The position numbers and the translations under genes were made by a program. DNA of 63,101 nucleotides, counting the filler, from Chiloscyllium plagiosum (lineage: Eukaryota), in the NCBI RefSeq assembly GCF_004010195.1. It is 4 parts of one record of this genome, joined end to end, with 100 filler letters (N's around TTAATTAATTAA, not from the genome) between each part and the next. Parts side by side here need not be neighbours in the genome. Positions count along the whole stretch, not along the records: positions 32,087 to 53,900 come from NC_057717.1; 3 more parts are not named here. The stretch is one strand, 5' to 3'. This document shows positions 35,310-47,601 of this stretch, in pieces. The notes beneath the pieces were generated by a model. That model was not told the DNA's origin and searched no databases. It saw only the letters and a program-made list of their open reading frames with translations. Within the stretch, counting starts at the first letter, position 1. The number at the start of each line of letters is the position of its first letter.

Positions 35310-36425
35310 ATAACGGCTTTGTGTGTGAGAAATCACCTTTCATGAACATGAGGAGAAAGTGAGGTCTGCAGATGCTGGAGATCAGAGACGGAAATGTGTT
35401 GCCGGAAAAGCGCAGCAGGTCAGGCAGCATCCTGTTCCCTAGATGCTGCCTGACCTGCTGCGCTTTTCCGGCAACACATTTCCGTTTCATGAACATGAGT
35501 CAATTTTTTTGAAGAAGTAACAAAGAGGATTGATGAGGGCAAAGCGGTGGAAACGATCTACATGGACTTCAGTAAGGTTTTCGACAAGGTTCCCAATGAT
35601 TGACTGGTTAGCTAGGCTAGATCTCACGGAAGATAGAGAGAACTAGCCATTTGGATACAAAACTGGCTCAAAGGTAGAAGACGGAGGGTGGTGGTGGAAG
35701 GTTGCTTTTCAGAATGGAGAACTGTGACCAGTGGAGTGTGACAAAGGATCGGTGCTGGATCCACTAATTTTCATCATTTATAAAAATGATTTGGATGTGA
35801 ATATAGGAAGTATTAGTAAGATCACACCAAAATTGGAGGTGTAGTGGACAGTGAAGAGGATTACCTCAGATTACAACGGGATTTTGATCAGAGGGTCGAA
35901 TGTGCTGAGAACTGGCAGAAAGAGTTTAATTTAGATAAATGTAAGGTGCTGCATTTTAGAAAAGCAAATATTAGCAGGTTGTATACACTTTTTGGTAAAG
36001 TCCTCGGGAGTGCTCCTGAACAAAGAGACCTTGGAATGCAGGTTCATAGCTCCATGAAAGCAATCGCAGGTAGATACGATAGTGAAGAAGGTGTTTAGTA
36101 TGCTTTCCTTTATTGGTCAGAGTACAGAGTACAGCAGTTTGGAGGTCATGATGCGGCTGTGCAGGACATGGGTGAGGTCACTCTTGGAATATTGCGTGCA
36201 ATTCTGGTCACCTTCCTATCAAACAATATTCTGAAACTTGAAAGGTTCAGAAAAGAATTAGAAGCATGTTGCCAGGGTTGGAGGATTTGAGGTACAGGGA
36301 GAGGATGAATACACTGTGTCCCCTGGAGCGTCAGATGCTGATGGGTGATCTTATAGAGATTTATAAAATCAGTAGGGGCATGGATAGGGGAAATACACAA
36401 GGTCTTTTCCCTGCGGTGGGGAAGG
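35310..36425 (+). mobile_element. CR1 RT fragment
   Basis: FFEEVTKRIDEGKAVETIYMDFSKVFDKVP; MDSEEDYLRLQRDFD...WQKEFNLDKCKVLHF. Confidence 0.9.
35338..35499. mobile_element. Short Penelope-terminus hairpin insertion with 15-bp TSD
   Basis: Perfect 44-bp inverted arms 35388-35431 and 35442-35485 with a 10-nt loop; direct repeat tttcatgaacatgag at 35338-35352 and 35485-35499. Confidence 0.9.
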
Positions 36426-36869
36426 AGGTACGAGCCCTTCAGAGGGATTGGGGAGAATACAGGAACAGGGTTGTGTTGCAGATCTATAAAATAACTGTCT
36501 CCCTCGCCTCTCGGTTTCTCCCCCCACTTCGGAAAATTAGAATCCCCACAGGAAACAGGCCCTTCGGCCCAACAATTCACACCCACCCAGACCCATTCCC
36601 CGACTCTATTACTCACCATTTCCCCGGACTAATGTACATCCCTGAACACTATGGGAAATATAGCTTGGCCAATTCTCCTAACCTGCACATTTTTGGACTC
36701 CAGGAGATAGGGTTTAAAGAGTAAATAATAGGTGGGGACAGACCCCAAAGAGAGACTGGAACATTTGGAAAGACAAAAGAGTGGATAACGATCCGGCTGG
36801 GAGGGCGGAAAGCTGTTAATGGAGGAGACAGGAACCTGGTAGCATCTCAGTAGCGGTGGTGGAAATGGC

Positions 36870-37251
36870 AGCTGATGATCTACGTTCTGTTGCAAAAAAG
36901 ACCCGGAGCATCAAATTCCCGCCACTTTAACACACAAGACTGTTCCTAGGCCATCATCTCTGTCTCATGCTTACTGCAGTGTTCCAGTGAAGCTTGATGC
37001 AAGCTGGCGGAACACTTCAGAACATACCAAATGGCCTCCGATTTCAAGGACTGCAATTTCCCCTCCAGTGCATCTCCTCCACTTCCCACACCACTGCCCT
37101 TGGCACCCACACCTCCAACTGCAACAAGGATGGAATCCCGCTAGTCCTCACCTTCCACCCAGATACAATGCATCATCGTCTGCCATTTCCACCAACTACA
37201 ATCAGACCTCACCACCAGAGATACATTTCCCTCCCCACCCCTCCCACATCC
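36870..37251 (+). mobile_element. Penelope-like fragments (GIY-YIG C-terminal remnant, then linker region)
   Basis: HFNT...ISVSCLLQCSSEA remnant, then NKDGIPLVLTFHP; the sequence enters an N gap. Confidence 0.65.
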
Positions 37252-38224
37252 NNNNNNNNNNNNNNNNNNNNNNNNNNNNNNNNNNNNNNNNNNNNNNNNN
37301 NNNNNNNNNNNNNNNNNNNNNNNNNNNNNNNNNNNNNNNNNNNNNNNNNNNNNNNNNNNNNNNNNNNNNNNNNNNNNNNNNNNNNNNNNNNNNNNNNNNN
37401 NNNNNNNNNNNNNNNNNNNNNNNNNNNNNNNNNNNNNNNNNNNNNNNNNNNNNNNNNNNNNNNNNNNNNNNNNNNNNNNNNNNNNNNNNNNNNNNNNNNN
37501 NNNNNNNNNNNNNNNNNNNNNNNNNNNNNNNNNNNNNNNNNNNNNNNNNNNNNNNNNNNNNNNNNNNNNNNNNNNNNNNNNNNNNNNNNNNNNNNNNNNN
37601 NNNNNNNNNNNNNNNNNNNNNNNNNNNNNNNNNNNNNNNNNNNNNNNNNNNNNNNNNNNNNNNNNNNNNNNNNNNNNNNNNNNNNNNNNNNNNNNNNNNN
37701 NNNNNNNNNNNNNNNNNNNNNNNNNNNNNNNNNNNNNNNNNNNNNNNNNNNNNNNNNNNNNNNNNNNNNNNNNNNNNNNNNNNNNNNNNNNNNNNNNNNN
37801 NNNNNNNNNNNNNNNNNNNNNNNNNNNNNNNNNNNNNNNNNNNNNNNNNNNNNNNNNNNNNNNNNNNNNNNNNNNNNNNNNNNNNNNNNNNNNNNNNNNN
37901 NNNNNNNNNNNNNNNNNNNNNNNNNNNNNNNNNNNNNNNNNNNNNNNNNNNNNNNNNNNNNNNNNNNNNNNNNNNNNNNNNNNNNNNNNNNNNNNNNNNN
38001 NNNNNNNNNNNNNNNNNNNNNNNNNNNNNNNNNNNNNNNNNNNNNNNNNNNNNNNNNNNNNNNNNNNNNNNNNNNNNNNNNNNNNNNNNNNNNNNNNNNN
38101 NNNNNNNNNNNNNNNNNNNNNNNNNNNNNNNNNNNNNNNNNNNNNNNNNNNNNNNNNNNNNNNNNNNNNNNNTTCAGGTCTAGCAGACTGAAACAGTGCA
38201 AATCAACCCTCCCAGTCCCTTCAC

Positions 38225-38400
38225 ACTCACTGAGACCCCTCACAGTGACACTGCGCTTGCAAAGCTCATGGTCAGGTGTTGGCCCGCTGGACCCACCCCT
38301 CATTCACTCCCATTGGCTGGAGGATCACGCCAACTGTCCTATTGGTCTGAAGCTGTGTCAATCAGCCAGGCTCCATTGTGACATAAGTGGTGTTCTCCTC
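38225..38400 (-). promoter_or_regulatory. CCAAT-rich promoter-like element with candidate first-exon donor
   Basis: ATTGG at ~38312 and ~38341, tcaatc at ~38357, NRF1-like tgcgcttgca at ~38252, and minus-strand GTGAGT at 38230-38225 pointing toward the ZNF exon. Related copies at ~45895-46010 and inverted at ~34685-34790. Confidence 0.4.
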
Positions 38401-38401
38401 C

Positions 38402-38782
38402 CAGGTGCATCAAAGGCTGAGGGATGACCTCAAAGGTTTATTATATCATGAGGGGCATGAATAGGATAAATAGACAAGGTCTCTTCCCTGGGGTGGAGGA
38501 GTCCAGAGCGAGAGGGCATAGGTTTAAGATGAGAAGGGAAAGATTTAAAATGGAGGGGCAATTTCTTTCACATTGGAGTTGGTGCGTGGATGGAATCTTC
38601 TATCGGGAAGTGGAGGAGGTTGGTACAATTATACCATTTGGCATCTGGATGGGTATATGATAGTAAGGGAGTAGAGGGATATGTGCCAAGTGTTGGCAAA
38701 TGGGACTAGATTAGGTTGGGATATCTGGTCGGCATAGACCAGTTTAACCAAAGAGTGTGTTTTCATGCTGTACATGTCTCTG
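38402..38782 (+). mobile_element. CR1 3' end specific to duplication copy 1
   Basis: VYYIMRGMNRINRQGLFPGVEESRARGHRFK; absent at the homologous point ~47113. Confidence 0.85.
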
Positions 38783-41609
38783 GCTCTGCCCTCTGATGAC
38801 CTTCATCATTCACAGTGAATGGGACAGTATCTCAGAGCACAGAGGCTGGGGGCTATTCAGCTCAATGGGGCTGTACACTCTCCCTCTGGAGATGGTGCCA
38901 GTCAGTCCCAACTCACCTTTCATTTGGACATAGCCCTCCAAATCCTTCCTTTAAAAAAGAAAATTGCAAATTTGTTTTGAAAATAACTACTGAATCTGCA
39001 TCCAGCTGTCGATCAAACTGTTCCAGATGCTCAGAACTTACTGAGTAAAATAATCTTCACGTTTTTACCCTGCATTATTTGCCAGTTACCTGAAAGTAGT
39101 TCATAAAAATTGTGACAATGTTAATAATTTCTCATGCTGTCTGTAAATTAAATTTCCTGGAAACAATTCTGCTCCTCGTTGAAATCACTGCTTAACCTTC
39201 TCAGCTCCAAGGAGAATTTTCTGACCTTCTGCTAACACTCCATAAAAGAGAAACCGATCTTAATTTTAATTTATTAGTGTCATAGAAATGTACAGCACAG
39301 AAACTGACCCCTTGGTCCAACTTGTCCATGCCCACCAGATATCCTAAATTAATCTCATCCCATTTGCCAGGACTTGCCTAATCACATAACCAATCAGATG
39401 CCTTTTAAATGTTGCAATTATACCAGCATCCACACTTTCTCTGGCAGCACATTCCATACACATACCATGTTCAGCTTGAAAACATTGCCCCTCCCATCCC
39501 TTTTAAATCTTTTCCCTCACACCTTAAGCCTGTGGTGGACCCATCTAACGTGGGAAAAATACCCTGGCTGTTCACCCTAACCATGTCCCTCATGAGTGTA
39601 TCAACCACTGAGGTCATCTCTCAGCATCCGATGCCCCAGGGAAAACAGCCCCAGCCAATTCAGCCTCTCCCTATATCTCAAACTCTCAACCCTGGCAACA
39701 TCTTTGTGCATCTTTTCTGAAGCCTTTCAAGTTTCACAACATCATTCCTATAGCGGGGAGACCAGGATCGAAAGCAGAATTCGAGAAGTAGGTGAATCAA
39801 TGCCCTGTACAGCTCCAAAATAACGTCGCAACTCCTATACTCAATACAAAACACCTTCTTCACTAGATTCCACTTTCAAGGAAGTGTGAACCTGCATTCC
39901 AAGGTCTCTTTGATCAGAAACACTCCCCAGGACCTCCTCATTAAGTGTGCAAGTCCTGCTCTTATTTGCTTTTCCAAAATGCAGAACCTCATATTTATCT
40001 AAATTAAACCCATCTGCCCCTCCTTAGCCCATTTAATTGAAGTCCCATTGTACTGCGGTAACCTTCTTCACTGCCCATTACACCTCCAAGTTTGGTGTCT
40101 AGTGTAAACCTACTAACCATACCTCATATATGCACATAAAAATCATTGATATTAATGACAAAAAGCAGTGGACCCAGCACCCAGCCTGACAGCATATTTC
40201 TCACACAGTTGTTGGTTTGGCTAAGTTGTTGGCATGGACGGTACGGACTGAAGGGTCTGTTTCCATGTTATACATCTCTATGACCTTCNNNNNNNNNNNN
40301 NNNNNNNNNNNNNNNNNNNNNNNNNNNNNNNNNNNNNNNNNNNNNNNNNNNNNNNNNNNNNNNNNNNNNNNNNNNNNNNNNNNNNNNNNNNNNNNNNNNN
40401 NNNNNNNNNNNNNNNNNNNNNNNNNNNNNNNNNNNNNNNNNNNNNNNNNNNNNNCATTTAATTGAAGTCCCAATGTACTGAGGTAAACTTCTTCACTGCC
40501 CATTACATCTCCAATTTTGGTGTCTAGTGTAAACCTACTAACCATACCTCATATATTCACATAGAAATCATTGATATAAATGACAAAAAGCAGTGGACCC
40601 AGCACCCATCCTGACAGCATATTTCTCACACAGTTGTTGGGTTGGCTAAGTTGTTGGCATGGACGGTACGGACTGAAGGGTCTGTTTCCATGTTATACAT
40701 CTCTATGACCTTCTAGACAATTCTGTATCTCAATAGCTAGTCCTCCCTATATTCTACAGTCGCAAACTTGCTAACCGGTCTGTTATGTAGAACCTTGTGT
40801 CTTCCTGGAGTCCAAGTTAGTGACTTCCACGTACAAAGCCATGCTGCATCTCCCTCATCACTTCTTGCCTTTCCAATTACATGTAAATCATGTCCTTGAG
40901 AATCACATCCAACAACTTCTGTGCCACTGATTTCAGGATCACTGGTCTATTGTTCCCTGGCCTTTCCTTCCCACCTTTCTCAAATAATTGCGCCCATCTT
41001 CCAGCTCCTCACCTGTGACTATCAATGACACAAATATCTCAGCGTGGGGTCCAGCAAACACTTCCCTCGATTCCCACAAAGTTCTGGGTTACACCTGAGC
41101 AGGTCCCAGGGATTATTGCACCTTGCTACCGTTTAAGACATCCAGTACCACCTCCTCGGTAATATGGACACTTGTCACGTTATCACTATTTATTTCTCCA
41201 AACACTCTAGCTGCCACATCCTCTTTCAGTAAAATAATCTCATATAGAATCTCTCCCACCTCCTGCGGTTCCACAGACAGCCTTAATGATTTTTGCTGGT
41301 ACCTATTCTCTGCCTGGTTACTCGTTTGTCCTTAGTGTATTTGTACAATCACTTTGGATTCTCCTTAAACCTATTTCCTAAAGCTATCTCATGTCCCCTT
41401 TTTGCCCTCCTGGTTTACCTCGAGTATACGCCTACTGCCCCTACACTCCCTACAGGGATTCACACAAACACAGCTGTCTGTACCTGCCATATCCCTCCTT
41501 CATTTTCTTGACCAGGCCCTTAATTTCTCTCGACAGGCAGCATTCTGTACACCAACCAGCCTTGGCCTTAACAGGAACATACTGTCTATATACTCTCATT
41601 GTCGCAGGC

Positions 41610-43195
41610 CGATGGAGTCAATGGCAGATGAGGACAGAGAAGCAATCATTCTCAGTTCAGAGGTAATGTTGGGAAAGATAACAGCCTAAAGGTAGATGGC
41701 CCCGATAGAATGCACCCCAGGGAAAAAAGGAGATGGCGGGCCGGGGGTGGGGGGGGGGGGGGGTGGAATAGCAAATACAAATCGTAATAATCCACTAAAA
41801 TTTGTTGGATTCTGGGATGGTTTTGACAGAATGGAAGCTGCAAATGTGGTGCCACTATTTTTCAAAAAGGAACGTTACCTTAGCTTCTGTAGTGGAGAAA
41901 ATGCTTGAATCTCTCAAGGAAGTAGTGGTGAGATATCTGGGTAGAAATTGTCTCATTGACCAGACACAGCATGGATTCATGGAAGGTAGGTCATGTATAA
42001 CGCGTTTACTGGAATTATTTGAAGATACGACGAGCACGTTGGACAAGGGGTACTCGGTGGATGTGGTGTATCTGGATTTCCAGAAGGTATTCGACAAGTT
42101 GCCACACAAAGGCTGCTGTATAAGGTAAAGATGCATGGCACTGTGGGTAATGTATCATCATTCATACAGGATCAGTTAACCAACAAAAAGTAAAGAATGG
42201 GGATAAATAGGTGTTTGGATTACTGTTGGCACGACAACTGTTTATAATTTACACAAATGTTTTGAAGTTGAGAACCAAGTGTACGGTGTCAGAGTTCACA
42301 TTTGATACAAAGATGAGGTAGAGCAATGTCTGCAGAGGCCACTGTCAGTCTGCACAGGGAGACAGATAGGTTAAGTGAGTGGGTAAGGATCTGGCAGATG
42401 GAGGACAATGTTGGGAAATGAGAGGTCATCCATTTTGGTCAGACTAACAGCAAACTGGATGACGAAATGGTGAAAACTTGCAGCATGCTGCTGTGCAGAG
42501 GGAGCTGGGTGTCCTTGTGCATAAATCACAGGAAGTTGGTTTGCAGGTGCAGCAGGTAATTAAGGCAGTGAAGGGAATATTGCCCTTCATTGCTGGAGGG
42601 ATGGTTATGCTGCAGCTGTACATGGTGCTGGGGAGGTCACACCTGGAGTACTGTGTACAGGTTTGGTCCCCTTACCTTAGTAAGGATGTACTGGCACTGG
42701 AGGGAGTACAGAGGAGCTTCACTAGTTCGAGTTGGGAGTTGAGAGGTTTGGCGTATGTGGAGAGATTGAGAAAACTGGTTCTTTCGTCATTGTAATTTAG
42801 AAGAATGGGAGGTTAGAGAGGAAAAAATAAAATTATGAAGGAAGTAGATAAGACAGAAGCAGGGAGGTTATTTCCACTGTGGACGGGTGAAACTAGAGCA
42901 TAACCTCAAAATAAGGGAAGCAGATTTAGGACTGAGTTTAAGCGGAGCTTCTTCAGGTAAAGGGTTGTGAATCTGTGGAATTCCCTGCCGAGTGCAGCAT
43001 TTGACGTTATCAACTTGAATGCCTTTGAGGCAAAATGTAGATTTGTGAACAGGAAAAGAATTAAGGGTTATGGTGAGAGTGCAGGAATGTGGAGCTGAGG
43101 CCATGAAAAGATCAGCCCTGATCTTGTGAATGGCAGAGCAGGCTTGAGGGGCCAGATGGCTTACTGCTGCTCTTATTCCTTATGTTCTTATGTTC
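41610..43195 (+). mobile_element. Nested CR1, RT through 3' tail
   Basis: QHGFMEGRSCITRLLELFED...DVVYLDFQKVFDKLPH; HLEYCVQVWSPYL; (ttatgttc)n tail. Confidence 0.9.
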
Positions 43196-43458
43196 CCACT
43201 TTCCAGCCGTCTCTTTCCCTGGGAATAACCTCCCACAAACAAATTTTGAAAGTGTTTGCCTTGTGCTGTGAAAATTGGCCTTTGTCTAATTTAGAACCTT
43301 AACTTTTAGATCTGGTCTATTATTTTCTGTAACTATTTTAAAACTAATAGAATTATCAGAGAATCCCGACAGTGTGGAATAAGACCATTCATTTCATCAC
43401 ATCGACAGTGACTCTCAGAGCTGCCTAACCTCCCCCTGTAACGTTGCATTTCCCAGGG

Positions 43459-43610
43459 CCACCCAACCTACACATCCCTGAACACTGTGGGCAATTCAGC
43501 CTGGATAATCCACCCAACCTGCACATCCATGAACACTATGGGCAATTCAGCCTGGATAATCCACCCAACCTGCACATCCCTGAACACTGTGGCAATTCAG
43601 CCAGGATAAT
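43459..43610. repeat. 51-bp triplication inside a minus-strand HE1-like SINE (~43365-43680)
   Basis: ccacccaacctgcacatccctgaacactgtgggcaattcagcctggataat x3. Confidence 0.9.
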
Positions 43611-44756
43611 CGAACCTACCCAGCATATCTTTGCACTGTAGGAGGAAACCAGAGCACCCAGATGAAACCCATGCAGACAAACCCAATAAGGAGATCATCC
43701 CTTCCTTATTTTCCAGTTCCACCCAAATAACTTCACTGGACATACTCCCAAGAATGTCCTCCCTAAGCACAACCATAATGCTGTCCCTAATCAAAAATGC
43801 CACTCCCCCTCCTCTTGTCCTCCTTTCTATTCTTCCTAAAGCATCTATACCCGGAAAAATTAAGCTGCCAGTCCTTTCCATCCCTGAGCCACGTTTCTAT
43901 AATACCCATGATATCCCAATGCCATGTTCAAAACCATACCCTGAGCTCATTTGCCTTCCCTGTCAGGCCTCTTGCATTGAAATAAATGCAGTGTAACTGC
44001 TAAATCCCACCTTGTTCTGTGCCTTGCCCTTGCCTGCAATGACTATTTGCCTTCTGAACTGTACCAGCCTCAGAGATATCTCTTTTCTCACTATCTATTT
44101 GCGATCACACCTACTCATCGCTGGTTTACTGCCTCCTGAGTAGCATTAACAAATCTCCCTGCCCAGATATTAGACACTTTCCAAATCAGGTACAATCCAT
44201 CTTTCTTACGCAGGTCAACGCTACTCCTTTTCCCCTGCACCAGCTCCTAAGCCACTCATCCAGCACCTCCTCCTCCTCTGTGATATGGACTTTTTTTCAA
44301 GATGTCACCATTTATTTCCCCATATTCTATATCTCCCATGTACTTCTTCACAGTAAACACTGATGCAAAATACTTGTTTCCCTATCTCGCCCATCACCTG
44401 CAGCTCCACACAATGGCTGCCTTGCTGAGCTTTGGGGTCTCTATTTTCCCCCTAGTTAGCCTTTTGTTCTTCATGTATTTACAAAAGCCCTTTGGATTAT
44501 CCTTAACCCTATTTTCCAAAGCTATCTCACGTCCCCTTTTTGCCTCCTGATTTCCCTCTTAATTATACACCTACTGCCTTTATACTCAGAGGATTTTTGG
44601 ATTGGAAAAAATGCAAAATTTTACATTTTGATAAAACAAACAAAGGCAGGACTTACACTCATTAAACGTAAGGCGTTGAGTAGTGATATGGAACAAAGAG
44701 ACCGAGGGCTTCACGTCTTTGAAGTTTGTGTTAGATGTAGTGTTAGATGTGTTAGA

Positions 44757-45068
44757 GGGGCGGCACGTTGGCACAGTGGTAAGCACTGCTGCCTCACAGC
44801 GCCAGAGACCCGGGTTCAATTCCCACCCAGGCGACTGACTGTGTGGAGTTTGCACGTTCTCCCCGTGTCTGCGTGGGTTTCCTCCGGGTGCTCCGGTTTC
44901 CTCCCACCATCCAAAAGATGTGCAGGGTCAGGTGAATTGCCCATACTAAAATTGCCTGTAGTGTTAGGTAAGGGGTAAATGTAGGGGTATGGGTGGGTTT
45001 CGCTTCGGCGGGTCGATGTGGACTTGTTGGGCCGAAGGGCCTGTTTCCACACTGTAATCTAATCTAAA
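44757..45068 (+). mobile_element. Near full-length HE1/V-SINE-like SINE inserted in a + strand CR1 (~44590-45700)
   Basis: A-box tggcacagtgg, B-box ggttcaattcc, conserved core, CR1-shared tail and (aatct)n plus A-run. Confidence 0.95.
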
Positions 45069-46011
45069 AAAAAATAGTAGGGTGGTTAAGAAGGTGTTCA
45101 AGCACACTTACCTTCATTGTTTACACCTTTGAGTATAGGAATTGGGACGTTATGTTGAGGTTGTACAGGATGTTGGGGAGACATCTTCTGGAATTCTAAA
45201 CCCAGTTCTGGTTGTGCCCAGTACCCAGGAAGGATATCATTAAATCGGAGCAGGTTCAGAAGAGATTTACTGGAATGTTAATGGGAATGGAGGGATTGTG
45301 TTATCAGGAGAGGCTGGGACTTTTTTCACTGGAGTGTAGGAGGTTAAGGGGTGACCTTATTAAAAGGCTTATGAAATCGTGAAGAGTGTAGATAAAGGTG
45401 AATGGCCGGGAGAGGGGAATTCAAAATTCTGGTGCATTCATTTTGAGAAGAGATGAGAAAGATTTGAGAAAAGACATTAGGGTTTTTAAAAAAAAATACA
45501 CATGTGAGATGAACTTCCAGAGGAAGTGGTAGTTGTGAATACAATTACGATATTTAAAATACATTCAGATAAGTATGTAAATAGGAAATATTTGGATGGA
45601 TGTGGACCAAGCGGAGGCAGGTACAATTAGTTCAGCTTGGAATTATGGTCAGCATGGACTGGTTGGACTACAGGGCCTGTTTCCTTGCTGTTTTACTTTA
45701 GGACTCCAATTCTCACAATCGCCGAATTTCTCCATCCTCACAACTCTCCCGATCACTGTCACCTCATCCAGCCTCACAACTCTTCCTTATTTATACAATT
45801 CCTCTCCAGCCACAGAACGCTCCCTGTCTCTAACCTCCTCCAGTTTCTCAAATCTCTGCTACATGTGCCTTTCTTTAATTCCAGTCTTAAGGATACACTC
45901 ATTCACTCCGATTGGTTGGAAGACAAACTGGTACTGCCTGGTCGTCCAGTCCCACCCTCTGCCTCCTATTGGCCTGCGCTGACATCAATCACCCGAGGCC
46001 CATTGTGAGGT

Positions 46012-47091
46012 ATAGAACATAGAACAAAGAACAATACAGCACAGAACAGGCCCTTCGGCCCACGATGTTGTGCCGAACATTTGTCCTAGCTTAAGCACCC
46101 ATCCATGTACCTATCCAATTGCCGCTTAAAGGTCACCAAAGATTCTGACTCTACCACTCCCACAGGCAGCGCATTCCATGCCCCCACCACTCTCTGGGTA
46201 AAGAACCCACCCCTGACATCTCCCCTCTACCTTCCAGCCTTCATCTTAAATTTACGTCCCCTTGTAACACTCTGTTGTACCCGGGGAACAAGTTTCTGAC
46301 TGTCTACTCTATCTATTCCTCTGATTATTTTATAAACCTCTATCAAGTCACTCCTCATCCTTCGCCGTTCCAACGAGAAAAGGCCTAGCATTCTCAACCT
46401 ATCCTCGTACGACCTATTCTCCATTCCAGGCAACATCCTGGTAAATCTTCTCTGCACCCTCTCCAAAGCTTCCACATCTTTCCTAAATGGAGGGGACCAG
46501 AAATGCACACAGTACTCCAAATGTGGCCTAACCAAAGTCCTCTACAGTTGCAACATCACTTCACGACTCTTGAATTCAATCCCTCTGCTAATGAACGATA
46601 ATACTCCATAGGCCCTCTTACAAACTCTATCCACCTGAGTGGCAACCTTCAAAGATCTATGTACATAGAACCCAAGATCCCTCTGTTCCTCCACCTGACT
46701 AAGAACCCTACCATTAACCCTGTATTCCACATTCTTATTTGTTCTTCCAAAATGGACAACCTCACACTTGGCAGGGTTGAACTCCATCTGCCACTCCTCT
46801 GCCCAGCTCTGCATCATATCTAAGTCCCTTTGCAGCCGACAACAGCCCTCCTCACTATCCACAACTCCACCAATCTTCGTATCATCTGCAAATTTACTGA
46901 CCCACCCTTCGACTCCCTCATCCAAGTCATTAATAAAAATTACAAACAGCAGATGACCTTGAACTGATCCCTGCGGAACTTCACTTGTAACTGGGCTCCA
47001 GGTTGAATATTTAACATCTACCGCCATCCTCTGACTTCCACCGGTTAGCCAGTTTTCTATCCAACTGGCCAAATTTCCCTCTATCCCATGC
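46012..47091 (-). mobile_element. Best-preserved CR1 in the window, 5'-truncated
   Basis: ORFs 46542-47072 (VPQGSV...FINDLD...SKFADDTK) and 46227-46535 are in frame across one stop; (ttctatg/ttctttg) tail. Confidence 0.97.
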
Positions 47092-47601
47092 TAAGTGAGT
47101 GGTGGTATCCTCCCTCTCTGCCCTGGGATGAGCTTCATCATTCACAGTGAATGGGGCAGTATCACAGAGCATGGGGCTGGGGGCTATTCAGCCCATTGGG
47201 TCTATACACTCTCCCTCTGGAGATGCTGCAAATCTGTCCCAACTCCCCTCCCATTTGCCCATAGCCCCCCAAATCTTTGCTTAAAAAGTAAAATTCCAAA
47301 TCTGTTTATGAATAACTGCTGAATCTGTGTCCAGCTGCCATTCAGACTGTTCCAGATGCTCAGAATTTACTGAATAAAATAATGTTCACATATTCACCCT
47401 GCATTAGTTGCCAATTACTTGAAAATAGTTACTAAAATTGTGACGTTGTTAACAATTCCTCTCTCTCTGCAAATTAAATACCTTGGAAACAAATCTGCAC
47501 CTGGTCGAAATTATTGCTTAACCTTCTCAGCTCCAAGGACAAATATCTGTGCTTCTGCTCGCTCTCCACAAAAGAGGAACACGTGTTATTTTCATTTATT
47601 A

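Larger units (their letters stand above)
38300..44230 (+). other. Older direct segmental duplication, copy 1 (copy 2 at ~45895-50690)
   Basis: Non-repeat block 38783-39275 aligns to 47115-47600 and runs through the same junction into a long minus-strand CR1 (39278 onward vs 47602 onward); roughly 75-80% identity by eye. Confidence 0.8.
39278..44230 (-). mobile_element. Long fragmented CR1 (3' end through RT to APE endonuclease), interrupted by nested elements
   Basis: SWSPRYRNDVVKLERLQKRCTKMLPGL near 39700; RGGGVAFLIRD...EVIWVEL (endonuclease) at 43690-43880. Confidence 0.8.

Noticed and set aside
36987..38427. Long ORFs of 364-477 aa, and similar ones at 10.3 kb and 26.8 kb
   Set aside because: They consist almost entirely of X from N gaps.
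40030..40713. ~260-bp direct repeat at 40030-40288 and 40455-40713
   Set aside because: The copies sit on either side of an N gap, typical of unmerged contig ends or haplotypes; it cannot be called a real duplication without reads.
44757..44830. tRNA gene calls at SINE heads
   Set aside because: The A/B boxes run directly into SINE core and CR1-type tail, with no complete cloverleaf.
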